Source: Catajapyx aquilonaris (taxonomy: Eukaryota). From it: a stretch of DNA of 64,000 bases. Each line of letters starts with the position of its first letter. The stretch's first letter is position 1. The stretch is from assembly GCA_000934665.2 (NCBI GenBank), contig JYFJ02001015.1, positions 1 through 64,000 on the forward strand, read 5' to 3'. Made by a program: the position numbers and the translations under genes. Under the pieces are notes generated by a model, which did no database searches, had not been told where the DNA came from, and worked only from the letters and a program-made list of their open reading frames with translations. Positions 39,587-53,380 of the stretch are shown piece by piece.

Positions 39587-40661
39587 CAGGATTATGGACG
39601 TAAGTGCGATTAAATACGCACTTGGGCACTCGAGTCTATCTGCAGCTGGAATATCGGCTCCATTTTTAAAAGTGGGCAGGGCGTACGCTGTCACGTGGTC
39701 TATGGTTACCTCTCCCTCCCCACCCCTTTTTCCTCTTACGGGGCGTGGCTTTTTAAACTCGGATCCCATTCCACTGCTGCAATTAGCGCGCGGACGACTT
39801 CCTCATCATTGAACGAAAATTTTATGCGTGTTTCTTATTTGCAAAATTTACAATGTTTATCACCACTTGCAAATATGAAAGTGAGGATGTTAATTAATTA
39901 ATTAACAAGGGTATTGACTTGATCTGAATCACTGTTTGAATTTCAGCAGCGGCGGCGTGACTGCCAATCAAAATATGTTTGTTGCATAAGTTATGAATAT
40001 TTTGTGCCAGTTATGTTTTATGTCGGAGGCAGTATGTCATTCCTCTCTGAATGCTCATTTACCTAGTCATGTAATTGATTTAGTTGAATGTTTTTGAACC
40101 CTTTTTTGACCTTGAACATCATTCAGACGGCGGCGGCGTAGAAAATACATGCATCAACGGCGCGACATCCGCCATATTTGTACTCTTATCACGTGATATC
40201 ATTAGACTGGGAAAAAATTCCGACAATGCGAATCGCACATGACAAAATCCTTCGTGCGAATACCTGCACCGTACAATAAGAGTCCAAAATACGGCCGCAC
40301 AGAGCCTGACAAAAACAAGGTTCATTCATGTCAGGTTCTTCCCCTCTCTCCTCTAAAGTCACTGTCATGGTTAAGGCTAAACCGCTACCTTTAGCAGTGA
40401 ATTAGGAAGCTGGTTATGTGTGTAATTACAACGTAATTAGCATGTATTGCCCATGAGTATTTGTGCATGACAGGAAGGTGAGTGTCTGTAGATACGCATG
40501 ACACAAATAATTATCTCTCCTAAATGATAAAACGTGAATAATAGTTTTCACGCTTCTGTAGACATAAGCGGCTGTTAGATCACAGCGATGTGATTTGACA
40601 CCCCCCTCCCCCCCCCCTCTTCCCCCCTCCTAATCCGTCGTCTGTAGAGTCATATCCACCG
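39587..40661. promoter_or_regulatory. Putative divergent promoter region RNF13 / WDFY2
   Basis: Minus-strand donor CTG|GTAAGT at 39587 (candidate non-coding exon 1 of RNF13); CpG-rich; E-boxes GTCACGTGG (39690) and ATCACGTGAT (40188). Confidence 0.5.
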
Positions 40662-43600
40662 ATGGCAGCGGAGATCAAGCCAGCCCCGGGCAGCTCCGGG
40701 TCCCGCCCCGGGTCAGCCAGCAAGCCGGTCCTGCTCTCCAAGATAGAGGTCAGCTCGGACAACGTGAACGGGGCCCTGCTCATCCCGAGGGAGGACGGGG
40801 TCATCAGCATCAGCGAAGACAAGTAATATTTTCGGGTCTCATGACATCTCTTCCATTGTCTGTGTGGCTGTCAGGTGCTTGTGAGTCACGCATCGTTGGC
40901 ATGTGCGCCTTGTGTGGACACTTACCAGGTTGATTGGTGTTGGGCTCAGGTGAAGATGGACAAGTTCATGGCAGATGTAGTCTCCTTGCCAATAATGACT
41001 GCTATTTTCCATTTTCACTGAAATGTCAAGTGGTATACATATGTAACCACATTTGGCACGTCGCATTTTAAAACGTCAGCAGAGTTTTTTAAAAATAAGA
41101 CTGGACATAAACGGGTTGTATTTTTTAAATGCTCTCTAAATATTATGCGACGTGAATACTAAAGGTGTATACAAGTTGGCTTATCGTATTTATATGTACC
41201 TCTCATGTGCAATCCAGGGCAACTATTACTTACAGATCTGACGGCCCAAGTAAAAACGCTGTATCTCCGCTTTTTGTCATTTCAAGATATTTGTGTTTGA
41301 ATTTTGTATGTTTCCCTTATCGTATATGCAAGTGCATGGTTTCAATGTGTCCAAAACATTGCAGGAGTTTCTCCCGGTTGCTCCTACTGTTGCGGGCTTT
41401 GTACCAACAGGTGTGGCTTGCAAAGAGGAGTGCAATGGTGCATCCATCTCCATTTGTGTGATCTTGGAAGATATGCAAGAAGATATGGGGTTTTCCCTTG
41501 GGCTGTCACATATGAAGACCTTGGGGGAAGAGCAGTCAAGGTCCACCTGAGGTGAAACTGAGATATTCCTATTTTAAATTTCGAAGGCCCATAAGGTTAC
41601 ATTGCAAATCCCACTTTCGTGGCCTTCCATTGCAACCTATGATCATTACTTCTCAACCACGACCAAACCATCCTATTCTGCACTGGTGAAACTATCTTCT
41701 GAGATATGTAACTCATTTTTGACAAAAGGTGGACCTTGATCGTTCTTCCCCCGAGGTCTTCATATGTTGTGCACATTACAAAAAAACTGGTTTTATGTAA
41801 CAGTTGTCGAGGTACATACATTTGTTGTCAAAACACAGGCCTGTGCTCTGCTGAGCAATTTTTTCTAGTAAGTCACTTTTAGGTACACAACAGAATCATG
41901 ACATTTACTCTCTACAATGTTGACAGTGATGTATCACTACAGTCCTAACAGCAATATTTTACTTATTACAGGACCATACAAGTTTGGTTGAAGCGTGACT
42001 CAGGACAATATTGGCCAAGCATCTGCCACTATGTGCCCTCCACCCCAACCTCCCTCTGCTACTGTGAGGAAGGGAGACAGCTCTTTATTGGTCTTGACAA
42101 CGGAACGATTTCAGTATGAACCTTTTTACATTGAAGTTTTAACTGTTACAATCTTTTGAACCTTGCTACAGGCATATCTTATTCAAATAAGCATATCTGA
42201 TCCTTGTAGAAGGCCTTGTGATATTAACTGTAGAATACTATGTTGAAATGAGAATGTAGTGTGAAGCAAATTATGTTTAAAGCCATAATTTGAGGTCGGT
42301 TTGGTCCACATATTTGGAAAGTAATATTGATGATGAATCGGTTGATATTGTGAATTTTGCTTTACAAAGTGTTTCAGTGAATTATCATTGCTATACATAG
42401 CCTGATTTATCAGGAAACTGAAGTTATCTAATCTGCTCAATTTGACAGTGCTGGAGATTAAATTTCCTGTTTAGTCTCTGCTTGTAAATCATTTTGCTGT
42501 TAATTTCTTTTTGTAAACCAGTATATATTTTTTTCCTTGTGAGAGAGGTTAATAATAATCATAAAGATGGCATATTTTCAACTTTTGAATTAGACTTTAT
42601 TTAACTAATTCCACTAATGAACGTAAATTTACAGGAATACATCTTGGCACCAGATTTCAACCGACTCACCCACAAGCGAGACTACTTAGCCCATCAAAGC
42701 AGAGTTACGGCTGTTTCATTTGCATTCAAGTCTGACTGGCTTTTGAGTGCAGGTCGAGACAAATACTTTCAGTTCCACTGCACTGACACTGGACGTAGGC
42801 TTGGAGGCTACCTTTGTAATGCTTGGTGTACTGCTCTACAGTATCCTTTTGTTAGGCGAAGTGTATCATCACCCTTAAGTTAGAATCATGTTACATGCTT
42901 CAGTCTGAGTGTACTTCTTCGTGGCTAAGATCTAAACCTAATGCAGCTTTTTATCACAATGATCCATCCAAGTCAAGTGTTTTGGACTAGTAGTGGATAT
43001 GCAACAGTAATATCAGAGTGCTATTTTTGATTAATACTTTGCATAATGTAAGTTGAGATTTAAGCCATAGATAGCATTGTTCTGACTTAAAGAGGGAAAG
43101 ATTTAATGATTGGAAGGAAAAACATAACCTTAACCATTTTTAGATATGATTCACCATCGAAATATGCTTTTGTGGGAGAATATTCTGGCAATGTGGTAAT
43201 GCTGAAACTGGAAAGCAATGGGATCCAGTACATAACAACTCTTAAGGGACATTCTGGGAGCATTCGCTCCTTGACATGGGATGCTGAAAAGTCTCTGCTT
43301 TTTTCTGGGAGTTTTGATGAGAGTGTGATTGTTTGGGACATTGGTGGACAGCAAGGGACTGCTTATGAGCTCCAGGGACACCAGTAAGTCATACAGTTTG
43401 GGAGTGTAACATGCCTCTGACTTTGCTTTCTTTAGTAACAAGGTAACTGCACTATGCTATGCCAAACGTAGTAGGAAGCTTGTGTCTGGGGGTGAAGATG
43501 GTGTGGTTGTGTTTTGGGACATGGGAGCTCGAAGAAAAGAGGTAAGCTGTTTTTAAAAAAGTTATCTGTAAAAATGCATTCACTTGGCCGGTGCATCCGA

Positions 43601-44295
43601 GTTCACCTCATCTGCACTTTTCCCTTTCCCAGACTCCAGAATGGGCAGAGGCAGACTCATGCCAGAGCTGTAGTCGTCCTTTCTTCTGGAACTTGAAGGC
43701 AATGATGGACCAGAAGCAGATTGGTTTGAGGCAACACCACTGCCGGCACTGTGGAAGAGCTATATGTGACAACTGCAGCTCTCACAGATGCACCATCCCA
43801 TCCATGGGCTTCGAGTTTGACGTCCGTGTCTGCGACCACTGCCATTCCCTACTGAAGGATTCCGAGTAATGCTATCTCAATTATATATGCCAACAAAATG
43901 GAATATGTCAAAGTGATATGGTCAGCAGGTCATTGATGCTTTTTTTTTTTTTAAAGACATGAGATACACAAGTAGCTACATATGAACCAGGCCCTGCCAG
44001 TGATTGAATTCAGGCTATTTGTCTTGCCACTCTATTGCTACATGTTAGCACGTACCTCTTAATGCCTTGCATTTTCTATGAAGCATGGCCTCACAATCAG
44101 AGGATTGGAAATGTGTTGAAGATTTGCCATTCATTTGCTCTTATGCTATTTTTCAGACGTACCTCCATGGCAATTTTTCACGATGCAAAGCAAGTTATAG
44201 TGTCCATGGATCTAGATGAACACCGAAGCTGGCTTCTGACTGTGGGCCAAGACAGACTGATGAAGATCTGGGATGCTTCAGCAGCCCTGAACTAA
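40662..44295 (+). CDS. WDFY2: WD repeat and FYVE domain-containing protein 2 (WDFY1/2 family), 7 exons
   Basis: Exons 40662-40822, 41972-42113, 42635-42840, 43144-43383, 43436-43541, 43633-43865, 44157-44295; MAAEIKP start, [19 protein letters not shown] domain PFFWN...RQHHCRHCG...RVCDHC. Confidence 0.95.
41509..41766. mobile_element. MITE family copy 2 (CATATGAAGACC ends) in WDFY2 intron 1
   Basis: TIRs CATATGAAGACCTTGGGGGAAGA / TCTTCCCCCGAGGTCTTCATATG. Confidence 0.75.
42841..43143 (+). other. U12-type (minor spliceosome) GT-AG intron
   Basis: 5' site GTATCCTTTT; branch-point CCTTAAC ending about 8 nt before the AG; joins WDFY2 exons in frame (ALQ|YD). Confidence 0.9.
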
Positions 44296-45418
44296 GCAGC
44301 TAAACAAGCCATTTCAGGACAACAATAGTCATAACGTGCGCTCATGTATATGGCATGTCAGGGTGATGCTCGAATATTCCAAGTGTTGTGGGAGATTGAT
44401 CTCTTTTATTTGTCAATCTGCTAAGCTCTTCTTCCTGCAGAGAGAATGACATGGGTGCAAAAATGAGAGGCAACAAAAAATGAGTGACCAATCTCGTGCC
44501 TGTGAACTGTTTCCTTTTCCGTTTCCTCTCCTCTCCCAAAATACTTAACAGTGCAAAACGTTTCCACTTTTTAAAGGATAGGTCTACTTATTACATGTAT
44601 TGTTTTGCATTTATCCACTGCACTTCATTAAAAGTATGTAAGGTGTAACAAAATTCTTTGCCAGTCAATTACATACAATTTCTTGGGGTAGCCATTGTTA
44701 TTTATTTAACCTGTAGCAGTAGGCTTTTAGAAATTGAAAATAATGAGTAAATGACTGGACAAGAACTCTGTTGAACCCTGCATATCTCCCACAGGAATGT
44801 GTGTTCAATGTTGAGATTTTAAGTAGGCATGGGTTCATATATGCACATGTACATTGTTGTCACTGTTCTTTTTTTAAACGCTTGTTGTTGCAGAGAATTT
44901 ACACTGAAAAAACTAGTGGGATGTGATGAAATTGTGTATTACGCTTCCCTTGGTTGTTTTTGCTATCAGCAGATTGATATTGTACACTTGTATAGGTTAG
45001 TTACACACGTGTCACAGCATATTTTTTGGGGGGGTGACCTAGTATTGTAACTGCATTACAGATATTGGGTGACACGTGACAGATGTCCTGTTATGTCAGT
45101 GCATGTTGACACTCCTAGCGTGTTGACAAATGCTTGATTTCCTTTTTCCTGTGAAGAACTGATTTTACTTCCTCTAAGGACAATACATAAAACATGTTTC
45201 ATGTGGGTAAGGATGAAAAAATGAAAATAAAATTATTCCAAACCTGAAATCGAGATCAAAATTTAATGATGCCTCACAGTTTATAAAAAGAGGCAACATC
45301 TATAAAAAGCACAAAACTAAGTGTAAAAGAGCTTAGTAAAAGGGTAAACAGTTGTACAAGTGATTCAAATCCTTATAAAAGTGAAATCTAGGCAGTGAAT
45401 TCTTGTCCTGCAGTGACT

Positions 45419-48400
45419 TCAGCGAATGACCTCATTTGGCGGAAGCAGGTTCTTCGCATGGTCTTTCAAGAATCCCACAATGTAAGGGTACCACTTCTCC
45501 ATCGCCAGCATGAACTTCTCCTGCAATGAAAATGTTTTAATAATGTTACTGGATTCAGCTGATTTCAACATGCAAGATATTTTGCAGTCACACCACTGGT
45601 TCCCAAACTCTTGATTGTGGCCCTGAATTCAGTGTGCCCAGGATGTTAACACTGAGCTTGTTGAGTTTTCAAAGGAACATCCACACAAGATTTCATTATT
45701 GCATCCTCTCTTAAAATCTTCCCAGGAATGTCAAAAAAATGCACAGAATGGATTAAGGTGAAGGACGTCATACCTGTAGCTTGACCTTGCTCCAATGTGA
45801 TTTCTTCCTTTCTGCAAGGAAGTGTCCCAAGCCAATGAAGGCAGTGTGATTACACAGGCTCATGACACATTCTGGATTGGTCAATTCCTTGAGTGGTTGA
45901 AGTTCTTGGGAGGTAAGACCTGCCAGAATGCTGTGCTTATTGCCAGTGAACTGCTGCAGAGGTAGACAACAACACATTATGGGTAGGAAAGAGACTTATT
46001 GCATTTGCATTTATACTTACCATGTTACCAGTAAGCATGCAGCAGAAGTCACTCGTGAACTCATTGTAGACCATGAGAGCAACTTTCCTTTTCTCCTTCA
46101 ATTTCCAATCCTGTGTCTGTGACACCTCCTTGCCTGCCTTCTGGAGCAGATTCTTGTACAATGGGAGTAACTGGCACACCTTGTCCAAGACAAATGCAGA
46201 TGGAGACATGAGGGTGCCATAGAGTAGGCTTTGAGGCAGGCTGATCACCCCATAGAATCCATACTCCTGTTGAAGTTGTCCTAGCTGCAAATATCAAATC
46301 CCTATATCAACCTGTTACAATCATGTGATGAAAAGCAATCTTGGCAAAAAATACATTACCGTTTTGTAAAAATCAGCGCTTATGCACTGCATCATGACAA
46401 CGTCACTCCTCTTCTGAGTACTCCGCTTGATCAAATGGTCAATAAAACCAGCCATCATAGAAATAGTATTCTTGGGATTCTCAACCTGAGGAACTGGAAA
46501 CAGAGACTCTTCATTCCCCAAACTGCGTTGCAATCCCACCTTCACCTGCAAGCAAAGCACCAGAGGGTAACACATTGTAAAAAAATGCATGGCAGAAAGA
46601 CTAACTGAAGGTTGCATCGTACTTGACACATATCAACTGGCTGCGTGTCTGTGTGGTAGCCAAACCGGTCAAAATTTCAGCAAACAGTAGAAGAAAAAAT
46701 GCTTTGCCAGCTAATGCATGTTTTTATTGCTACAGTTATTATGACTTTATCAAACATAAATATTCTGCCATGAATAGTATAATCTGCTCTTACCATATTG
46801 ACAAGTGTGGTGGTCAAGGAGATCAACATGGTGCACTTCACTGGAATGGGCACTCCCTGATATATTTTCTCCAGGTGCCTCAAGACATCCTCATACAGAA
46901 CTAAAAGCAAAAATTGACTAAGGTTAAATGCACAAGGGTTAGTGTTGTGTATCACACCACCATACCCGAGAAATCCAGAAGAGGCAGCCATTGTGTAAGT
47001 TGCAGCACCTGAACAAAGTACGCAACCCCCACATGACCTGGAAGAAAGGCTCTAAGGAATGAGAAAACAGCAGGGATGCACTGCTCAATGCTTTCTTGAA
47101 ATGCAATGAGCTCATCCAGAAACTTGATCTTTTGGAGATTCTTCCCATCATCTCGTACTTCACAGTATCCTAAAATTTGAGGGAAATTATTAAATTTGGG
47201 GGCCTGCAGTGTATAATTTGAAAACTAAAAATAAAAGAATAAAATATGACTGTCAAATAATTGTACTCTCATTTCATTAACTCCATCTCTGCCAGCCACA
47301 CTGGCAGATAACCATATTTTAAAAGATCTAGCTAGATTCACTGTTAGTCTTTCGGAATATCACCCTAAGAAATACACTTCATGCCATGAGGCATAAGTGA
47401 ATGCACTCACTGAAAATAAGATTGGATTCAATCCAGGTGTTAAAGCGGCATAAGTAAGTCTTGTCAGGATGGTTGGCCAAAATGAACTGCCCCAGTCGGC
47501 TCTGTAGGAGTGAGGCAACCTGGCTTGGGAAGTTCACCGATGGAAAGGTGGTCAATGCTTCTGCAATGCTGAAATTTAGCAAAAGTGGGAAATTATCAGA
47601 ACTAGTGGATGAGATGCTTTCAGTCCATATCAACAATCCACACACTTAGCACATCAAAAGATATACTCAAGGTCTATTGCATTTGGACTACCCGTATGTA
47701 GAATCACTAGAAGTAACGATGCGTTTACATGTGAGTGATTTGACGAGTGAAGCGGCGCAATGTCATCGCCGAGGCAGAGTAACCCAAGTAACCAATATTG
47801 TTTGAGGCAAAAATCGATTGTTAATTTCAGCCTCGGTGATGATTTCATCCCGCTTCTCTCGTAAAATTGCTCACATGTAGTGATCAGGGATGCTGAATGA
47901 GGATGACAATCTTAACATCATTCTGGAACATTCATGCCCGAGGGATAGGTGAGTTTCTAGAAGTAAGTTCTAGTAGTAAATTCTAGTGGCACATATCCCA
48001 CCTCTTATTGTGTTGGTGTTATCTGTGAGGCATTGGAGTGACTGCACCAGTACTGTCCATCTGGTGGCCCTGCCAGGCACGGTGCATCGCCTTGCATGAT
48101 GATTTTAGTTAATTGGGGAGAGTTAGCTGAGCTAGGCGCTTATTGTGAATTTTGAATCCTCAACATTTACTGTCTGTCTTGTGCCGCCACAGGCCAACGA
48201 ATGTTCTTGTGGCTTGGCCATCTCACACATCATCTACAACTACGCTGCCACAAGATGGACGGTGATGTTGCAGTGCACAACCTACAAATTACGGTACTTT
48301 TCAAATTACCATGGAGATGCCTTCACACAACAATGGGAGTAAACAGTTTCAACCACGGTCTAATATAAGATCTCGCAACTCTCTCCCCCTATGCATGAGC

Positions 48401-49192
48401 TTAGTTGCGCACGGGCTTGGCGCTGCCGTCCTCCGCAGAATACTACTTCGGGCCATGGGCGTAGCCAGGGGGGGCAGCAGCCCCCTCCCCCCCTTAAATC
48501 TCAGGGAAGTGCAGAAAAACGGGGGGGAAACGCACAAAAACCCTGTAGACCAACGATCGTTTTGACCCATTTGAGGTCGCGAGGAAGAGTTGTGACCTTG
48601 AACCGAAATCCCCCCCCCCCNCCCCCCATACGGCTAGATAGGAAGTTGCAGGGGGCTGGTTTCAACAAAGGAACCCTTGTAAGTTGTTAATTTTCATTTG
48701 TTCATTGTTATTAGTTGCAATTTCAAAATTCAACGGGGAGGCGGAGTGGTGCTGCGGTAACGTATGCACCCACAGATGTAAGGGTCCCAGGTTCGATACC
48801 AAGCTCGGGCATCCTCCCCTTCATCTCATGCTGAGTTGGGTTGTCTCTGGCTTCGTTTCGGGTGGGACTCCTGAGACTAACCACTCGGGGGAGTTCACAA
48901 AATGTACTACTATTGAGACATTGCACATCCCCTCCCACTCATCCCCCCTTCACTTGCGGTACCCAGGAGTTACGGAAAAGGACCAACATGAATAAGCTTG
49001 CTCATCTAAAGCAAATAAAGGTGCGCCAAATGCCCATGAATGGGTGGTGCACTAACCCTAAAAAAACATTTCAGAAATTTCCAAACTCAATAACGTTTGA
49101 ATGAAACGTTTCTCCACCCTACAAATAGTGTCATTCGACTCAGCTAGTCAAGTAGATTCAGGAAATATATACCTGTTATTATTATGATTATT

Positions 49193-49231
<39 letters not shown>

Positions 49232-50895
49232 ATTATTATTATTATTATGGGGGGAGAACATTCTGCCATGGGGGGGGGGGGGGGGNGGGGGGGGGGGCAA
49301 AACTATTAGCCCCCCCTCCCCCTCCCCCCCTACCGTAAGTTCTCCTACCTTTGGAACTGGAAAAGAGCAGTCTTTCCATCATCTACAGACAATAAAGGAA
49401 TATATTCTGGCCGTGGAATGATGACTGCTTCCTTCCTGCGTTTAGCTACCTGAAACCAAATAGAAGATAGTGTAAAATCCCAACTGGACTTATGACAAAA
49501 AATCGTCTTTATACAATCATGTTATGAATCTTACAGGAGGGCATGTCTGATCATCTCCTAATCCAAAAGTGAACGTTTCAGATCGACTTTCCACAGGACC
49601 CTTCACCATTGCTAGTCTTGTGCTTGCTGCGGACAAAAATTCAACTAGCTGAGGTGGAATTCGTCCAAGAGAAGAAACTGTAGCCTTTGTGTCAATGTCC
49701 AGTGGAACCATATTAGGTCTCATCATTTTGTATGAACTAAGAAATAAACAAGCGAATTAATTAGAAAACCATTATTATCATCAAAATTTAATGTGGGTTT
49801 CTCCTGTGAACTACTTACTTGAGGAGATATTGAATGCTTTTTGGGTTTCCCATTACTTTCCTCAAATGAATCAGATGTGTCACTTGCCACCTGGTAACAT
49901 CCATTGCCATAGTCAAGAGGTGGAGGAGATGACACAGCAGTGGGATCTATAAATTCAGTAAAGCAAGGAAATATTCTCAGTTGCTTCAGGACAATCATAA
50001 AAATAAAACAGCAAAGCCTACATATGATGGGTTTTGGTCCAATGTAAGAAAAAGCAACGGCTGCATCCGTGCCACCTCTGTGATGTTTCTCACAAGCCCG
50101 TGCTCCAAAATCCCAATGGACCACTGGAGGAGAGCCTTGACCACAGTCACAGGTATTGCTGAGCCTTTGATGACATACCATGTCAACGCATCCAGGATAA
50201 TCCCCTCAGGCAGCCATGCATTGGGTATCATGCAATGGATCAATTTAGCTTTCTTTGCCACTTCTGAAAAACCAGTATCAATTAGTGGTCGAAGTACTTG
50301 ATAATTATGATTCACTTACTCATATTGGTCTTAATGACAATTTTCAATATGGCCTCAATGTCTTCAGCAGCGAGGCCTTGTGCTCGGCAATTCTCCAAGG
50401 TGATTATGCAGTCATTCAGCATTTCTTCATCCGCAACAGCACCTTAAAAGTAAGACGATTCATGATTGGTAATAGTATTACCATATGAACACCCTAATCA
50501 CACTCTGAAGTAGCTTGCCAGTTCACAGCAGTGAGGAGCTTATTATGGAAGGTGCATTTGTGTTACACTGTATGTCCCACTGCACTTCAAAAAGTCCTAC
50601 AAGCACCTCTCCGCACACGGCATTTTAAATGTTGCGTACAATGCAACTTCTGAAGCAGTAGCGGCCTCCCTAGCAGTTTGCAGTCTGCTACGTTGCTGCT
50701 CACCTCAACTTCATGGTAAGCATGCTAATTTCATGACCACAGTCCTCTTCCTTGCCTTCCACACCATGAACTCAAGTACTCAACACTCTTTTGTGGGTAT
50801 AATTTTTCATTCTCACCCTCTCCTTCCGCCATGAATCCCCTGAGGTACTCCATGGCCTGGGTCAGGCTCAGCACACTCTCCTGGATGCCAGACAT
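45419..50895 (-). CDS. CENPI: Centromere protein I (CENP-I / Mis6 / Ctf3) homologue, 13 exons
   Basis: Exons 50895-50817, 50442-50320, 50263-50022, 49946-49819, 49736-49535, 49449-49349, 47568-47411, 47169-46966, 46900-46794, 46545-46360, 46284-46021, ~45953-45774, 45520-45419; colinear blocks GLAAEDIEAIL, KLIHCMIP, LCHLLHLLT, FPSQVASLL, VLQLTQWLP, VKCTML resemble vertebrate CENP-I as recalled. Confidence 0.85.
48733..48990 (+). mobile_element. Probable tRNA-derived SINE in a CENP-I intron
   Basis: A-box-like TGGTGCTGCGG and B box GGTTCGATACC at tRNA-like spacing; 3' end approximate, no TSD identified. Confidence 0.5.
49175..49248. repeat. (TTA)n/(GAT)n microsatellite next to G/C homopolymers
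   Basis: Direct reading of trinucleotide runs. Confidence 0.9.
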
Positions 50896-53380
50896 CTTCT
50901 GCACGAGGGTAACTTGCGGGGATCGAGCAGGCCGTGTCTTGTTCTGGGTTCTCGGCGCCTTTCCAGCCGTGGTGACGCCTTTGTGTGACCAACGGACAAA
51001 TGGGCGGTTTAAATTTACAGGATGCCAGGTGAATTTATAATCCCATTATGGAAATTAAACGCACTTTATTCATATACATGTAGTGTAATAATAACTGTAA
51101 AAATGTTAAATACCATTAATAATACAAATGCGGGCTCAGTTTCTTCAGGCGAAATTGACCGAAAAGTGCTGCCGTCTGCCGCCAGTCAACTCAACTTTGA
51201 TAAAGAGCGAGATGTGAATGGGGAAATCTGACGTGATATTTTTTTTAATGTATTAAAAAATTTAAATTTACAGGATATGAACTGACGAGAAGCAATGATT
51301 GCAAGGAGTGAATTGATAATGTTATTTACTAACTTTCTAATTAAAACGCAGCAGCTGCCCAAGTTGCAAAAAATGGTGTTATCAATAATTTCATCGCATG
51401 TGCACAATATGTGACATTATTTTGCAAAATAATTTCTTCAAATCCAGAGTTATTTCAAGACTCAACATGTGCAGCTGATGTTTGATATTTTCTCAGAAAT
51501 TTCATAACAAACTGTAGACTAGAGACAACTGTTAGCAAGATTGAAGAACATTGTTACTCAAAGGGTCATTGGTATATTTTGCAACTAAAATATAATCTGA
51601 TCACAATGCAATGCGGGACACATCAAATGCCCTGATCGACACTGATGGGGAAATGTATACGTGTATAAGTGCACTGTACTGTACGTGTCATGTAACTTTG
51701 AATAGTTGATACAGGTACATAATGCACTCCGGTGTCCTGAACAATATTTACTCCAGATTTACTCCGGATGACCAGCAGATGACATGGTACAGCGATAGCA
51801 AAAATCCCATGTTCATGTAATGATAAAAGCATTGCAGCGACTTTCTCAACTGCTTGTCCCCAAATAGTCAAATCGACATGACACCTATCATGACACAAAG
51901 CATGAAAGGACAGTAGTGGGTGGTTCAAATAAGGATTTCTATACCTGCGAACACGAATCGACTCAACCGAATTTGGAAGTGTCGTGAACCAGCCAGGCTT
52001 ACAGATGAAGTAATCTTATGGGAATCCTCACGAATACAGGTATATGAGAGAGAGGAAAAAAAACAATTATGGAAGACGGTCAGGGAAATATGCAGAGTGC
52101 TCACTAATTATTATTTTTACATCTCAATGTGATATTTTTTGAAATATGCTATCCAGCTGATTTTCTTTAAAAATAATAGAAAGTCCTCGTTTCTCAAGGT
52201 ATTAGGTAAATTGCATAATGCTGCAAACGAAGTGGTTTATGATGCTGTAGTTGTAATGTAACGGAGAAGGTATAAAGAACGGAACGTGTGCCTGTTAGCA
52301 GATGAGGCGGAGTCTGTGGATATGCAGCCAGCAGGTGAAGGGGTGGCAGGGTGGGGGGTTTGGATGATAAAGATGGGATAAAAAGGCGAGAGGGAAAGCT
52401 TACTAGTGAACTGTGGGCCTCGAAGGTCAGCAAGATAGACCAACGAGCGGTGTAACATACTTGCTTACCGTGCTTACCAAACGCACGAAGTTTTCATTCC
52501 GGAGGCGGGTGCACATAACACCGCTGAACTTACGGAAAAGCCAAGGAGCCGGAACCAGACCCGTTATCTAATAATCACAGAGGATTTGTTTCTTGAGGGG
52601 GGGAAAAAATACCGGAGGCACTTGGGGGGGGTTACTTCCGTAAACTGGAAGACAGTCCAGAGCATCGCCTGGGATTGAGTGGTTGAGATTCAGATTGTTG
52701 GGACCTGATGGAATTGATGGATATCTACAGGGTGTGGACAGTGCTTCTGATGACTGTTGGCAAGTTGACAGCTCCTCTTTTCTTTTTCTTTTTGATCTAG
52801 AATACTGCATCTCTTCGCAATCGGTTAATTAGTAATTCCTTATAACCTGTATGATTAGAAAAATTGATGAATGTAGAGACGAATGAAAGTTGACGTACTG
52901 ATGATAATAATTTATGACCAAAATAGATCGATTCATTTATAAGGTACTGTACCGGTATATCAAAGTACGGGAGGCTTTCCTCATAATGCTTATTTATCAT
53001 GATTGTTAATTGAAAATTCATCGTAGTCAATGACGCTTATGCCACAAAAAATGGCTTGCTGAGTTTGCATGTAAAACTAGCGAGCGGTATAAGTTGACTT
53101 GGAACATTAATTATGCGAATACACATTTCTCAAACGTCATCATTACTTTCTGTTATAATGAGATGTTATATGACTGTTCCTATAGACGAGCAGCAAAAAA
53201 ATTTAAGCTCATTCTTTGAGTACCATCTTGCTAACTATAACGTACTCTATCACAGAAAGTTTAGGCCAATCTTATCCTGGGGCTATGCAACCCTCCGATG
53301 GCGAGTGCTGAGAGTTGCATATCACCAGGATACGTTTGGCCGAAACATTTCTGAATAATGCCAATATTTTTGAACACTTT

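Noticed and set aside
46917..47169. ORF MKYEMMGRISK... as the CENP-I exon frame
   Set aside because: Phase and similarity support the other frame (KFLDELIAFQE...QLTQWLP)
49723..50181. 152-aa minus-strand ORF as a separate gene
   Set aside because: Alternative frame across CENP-I exons; the correct frame gives LCHLLHLLT
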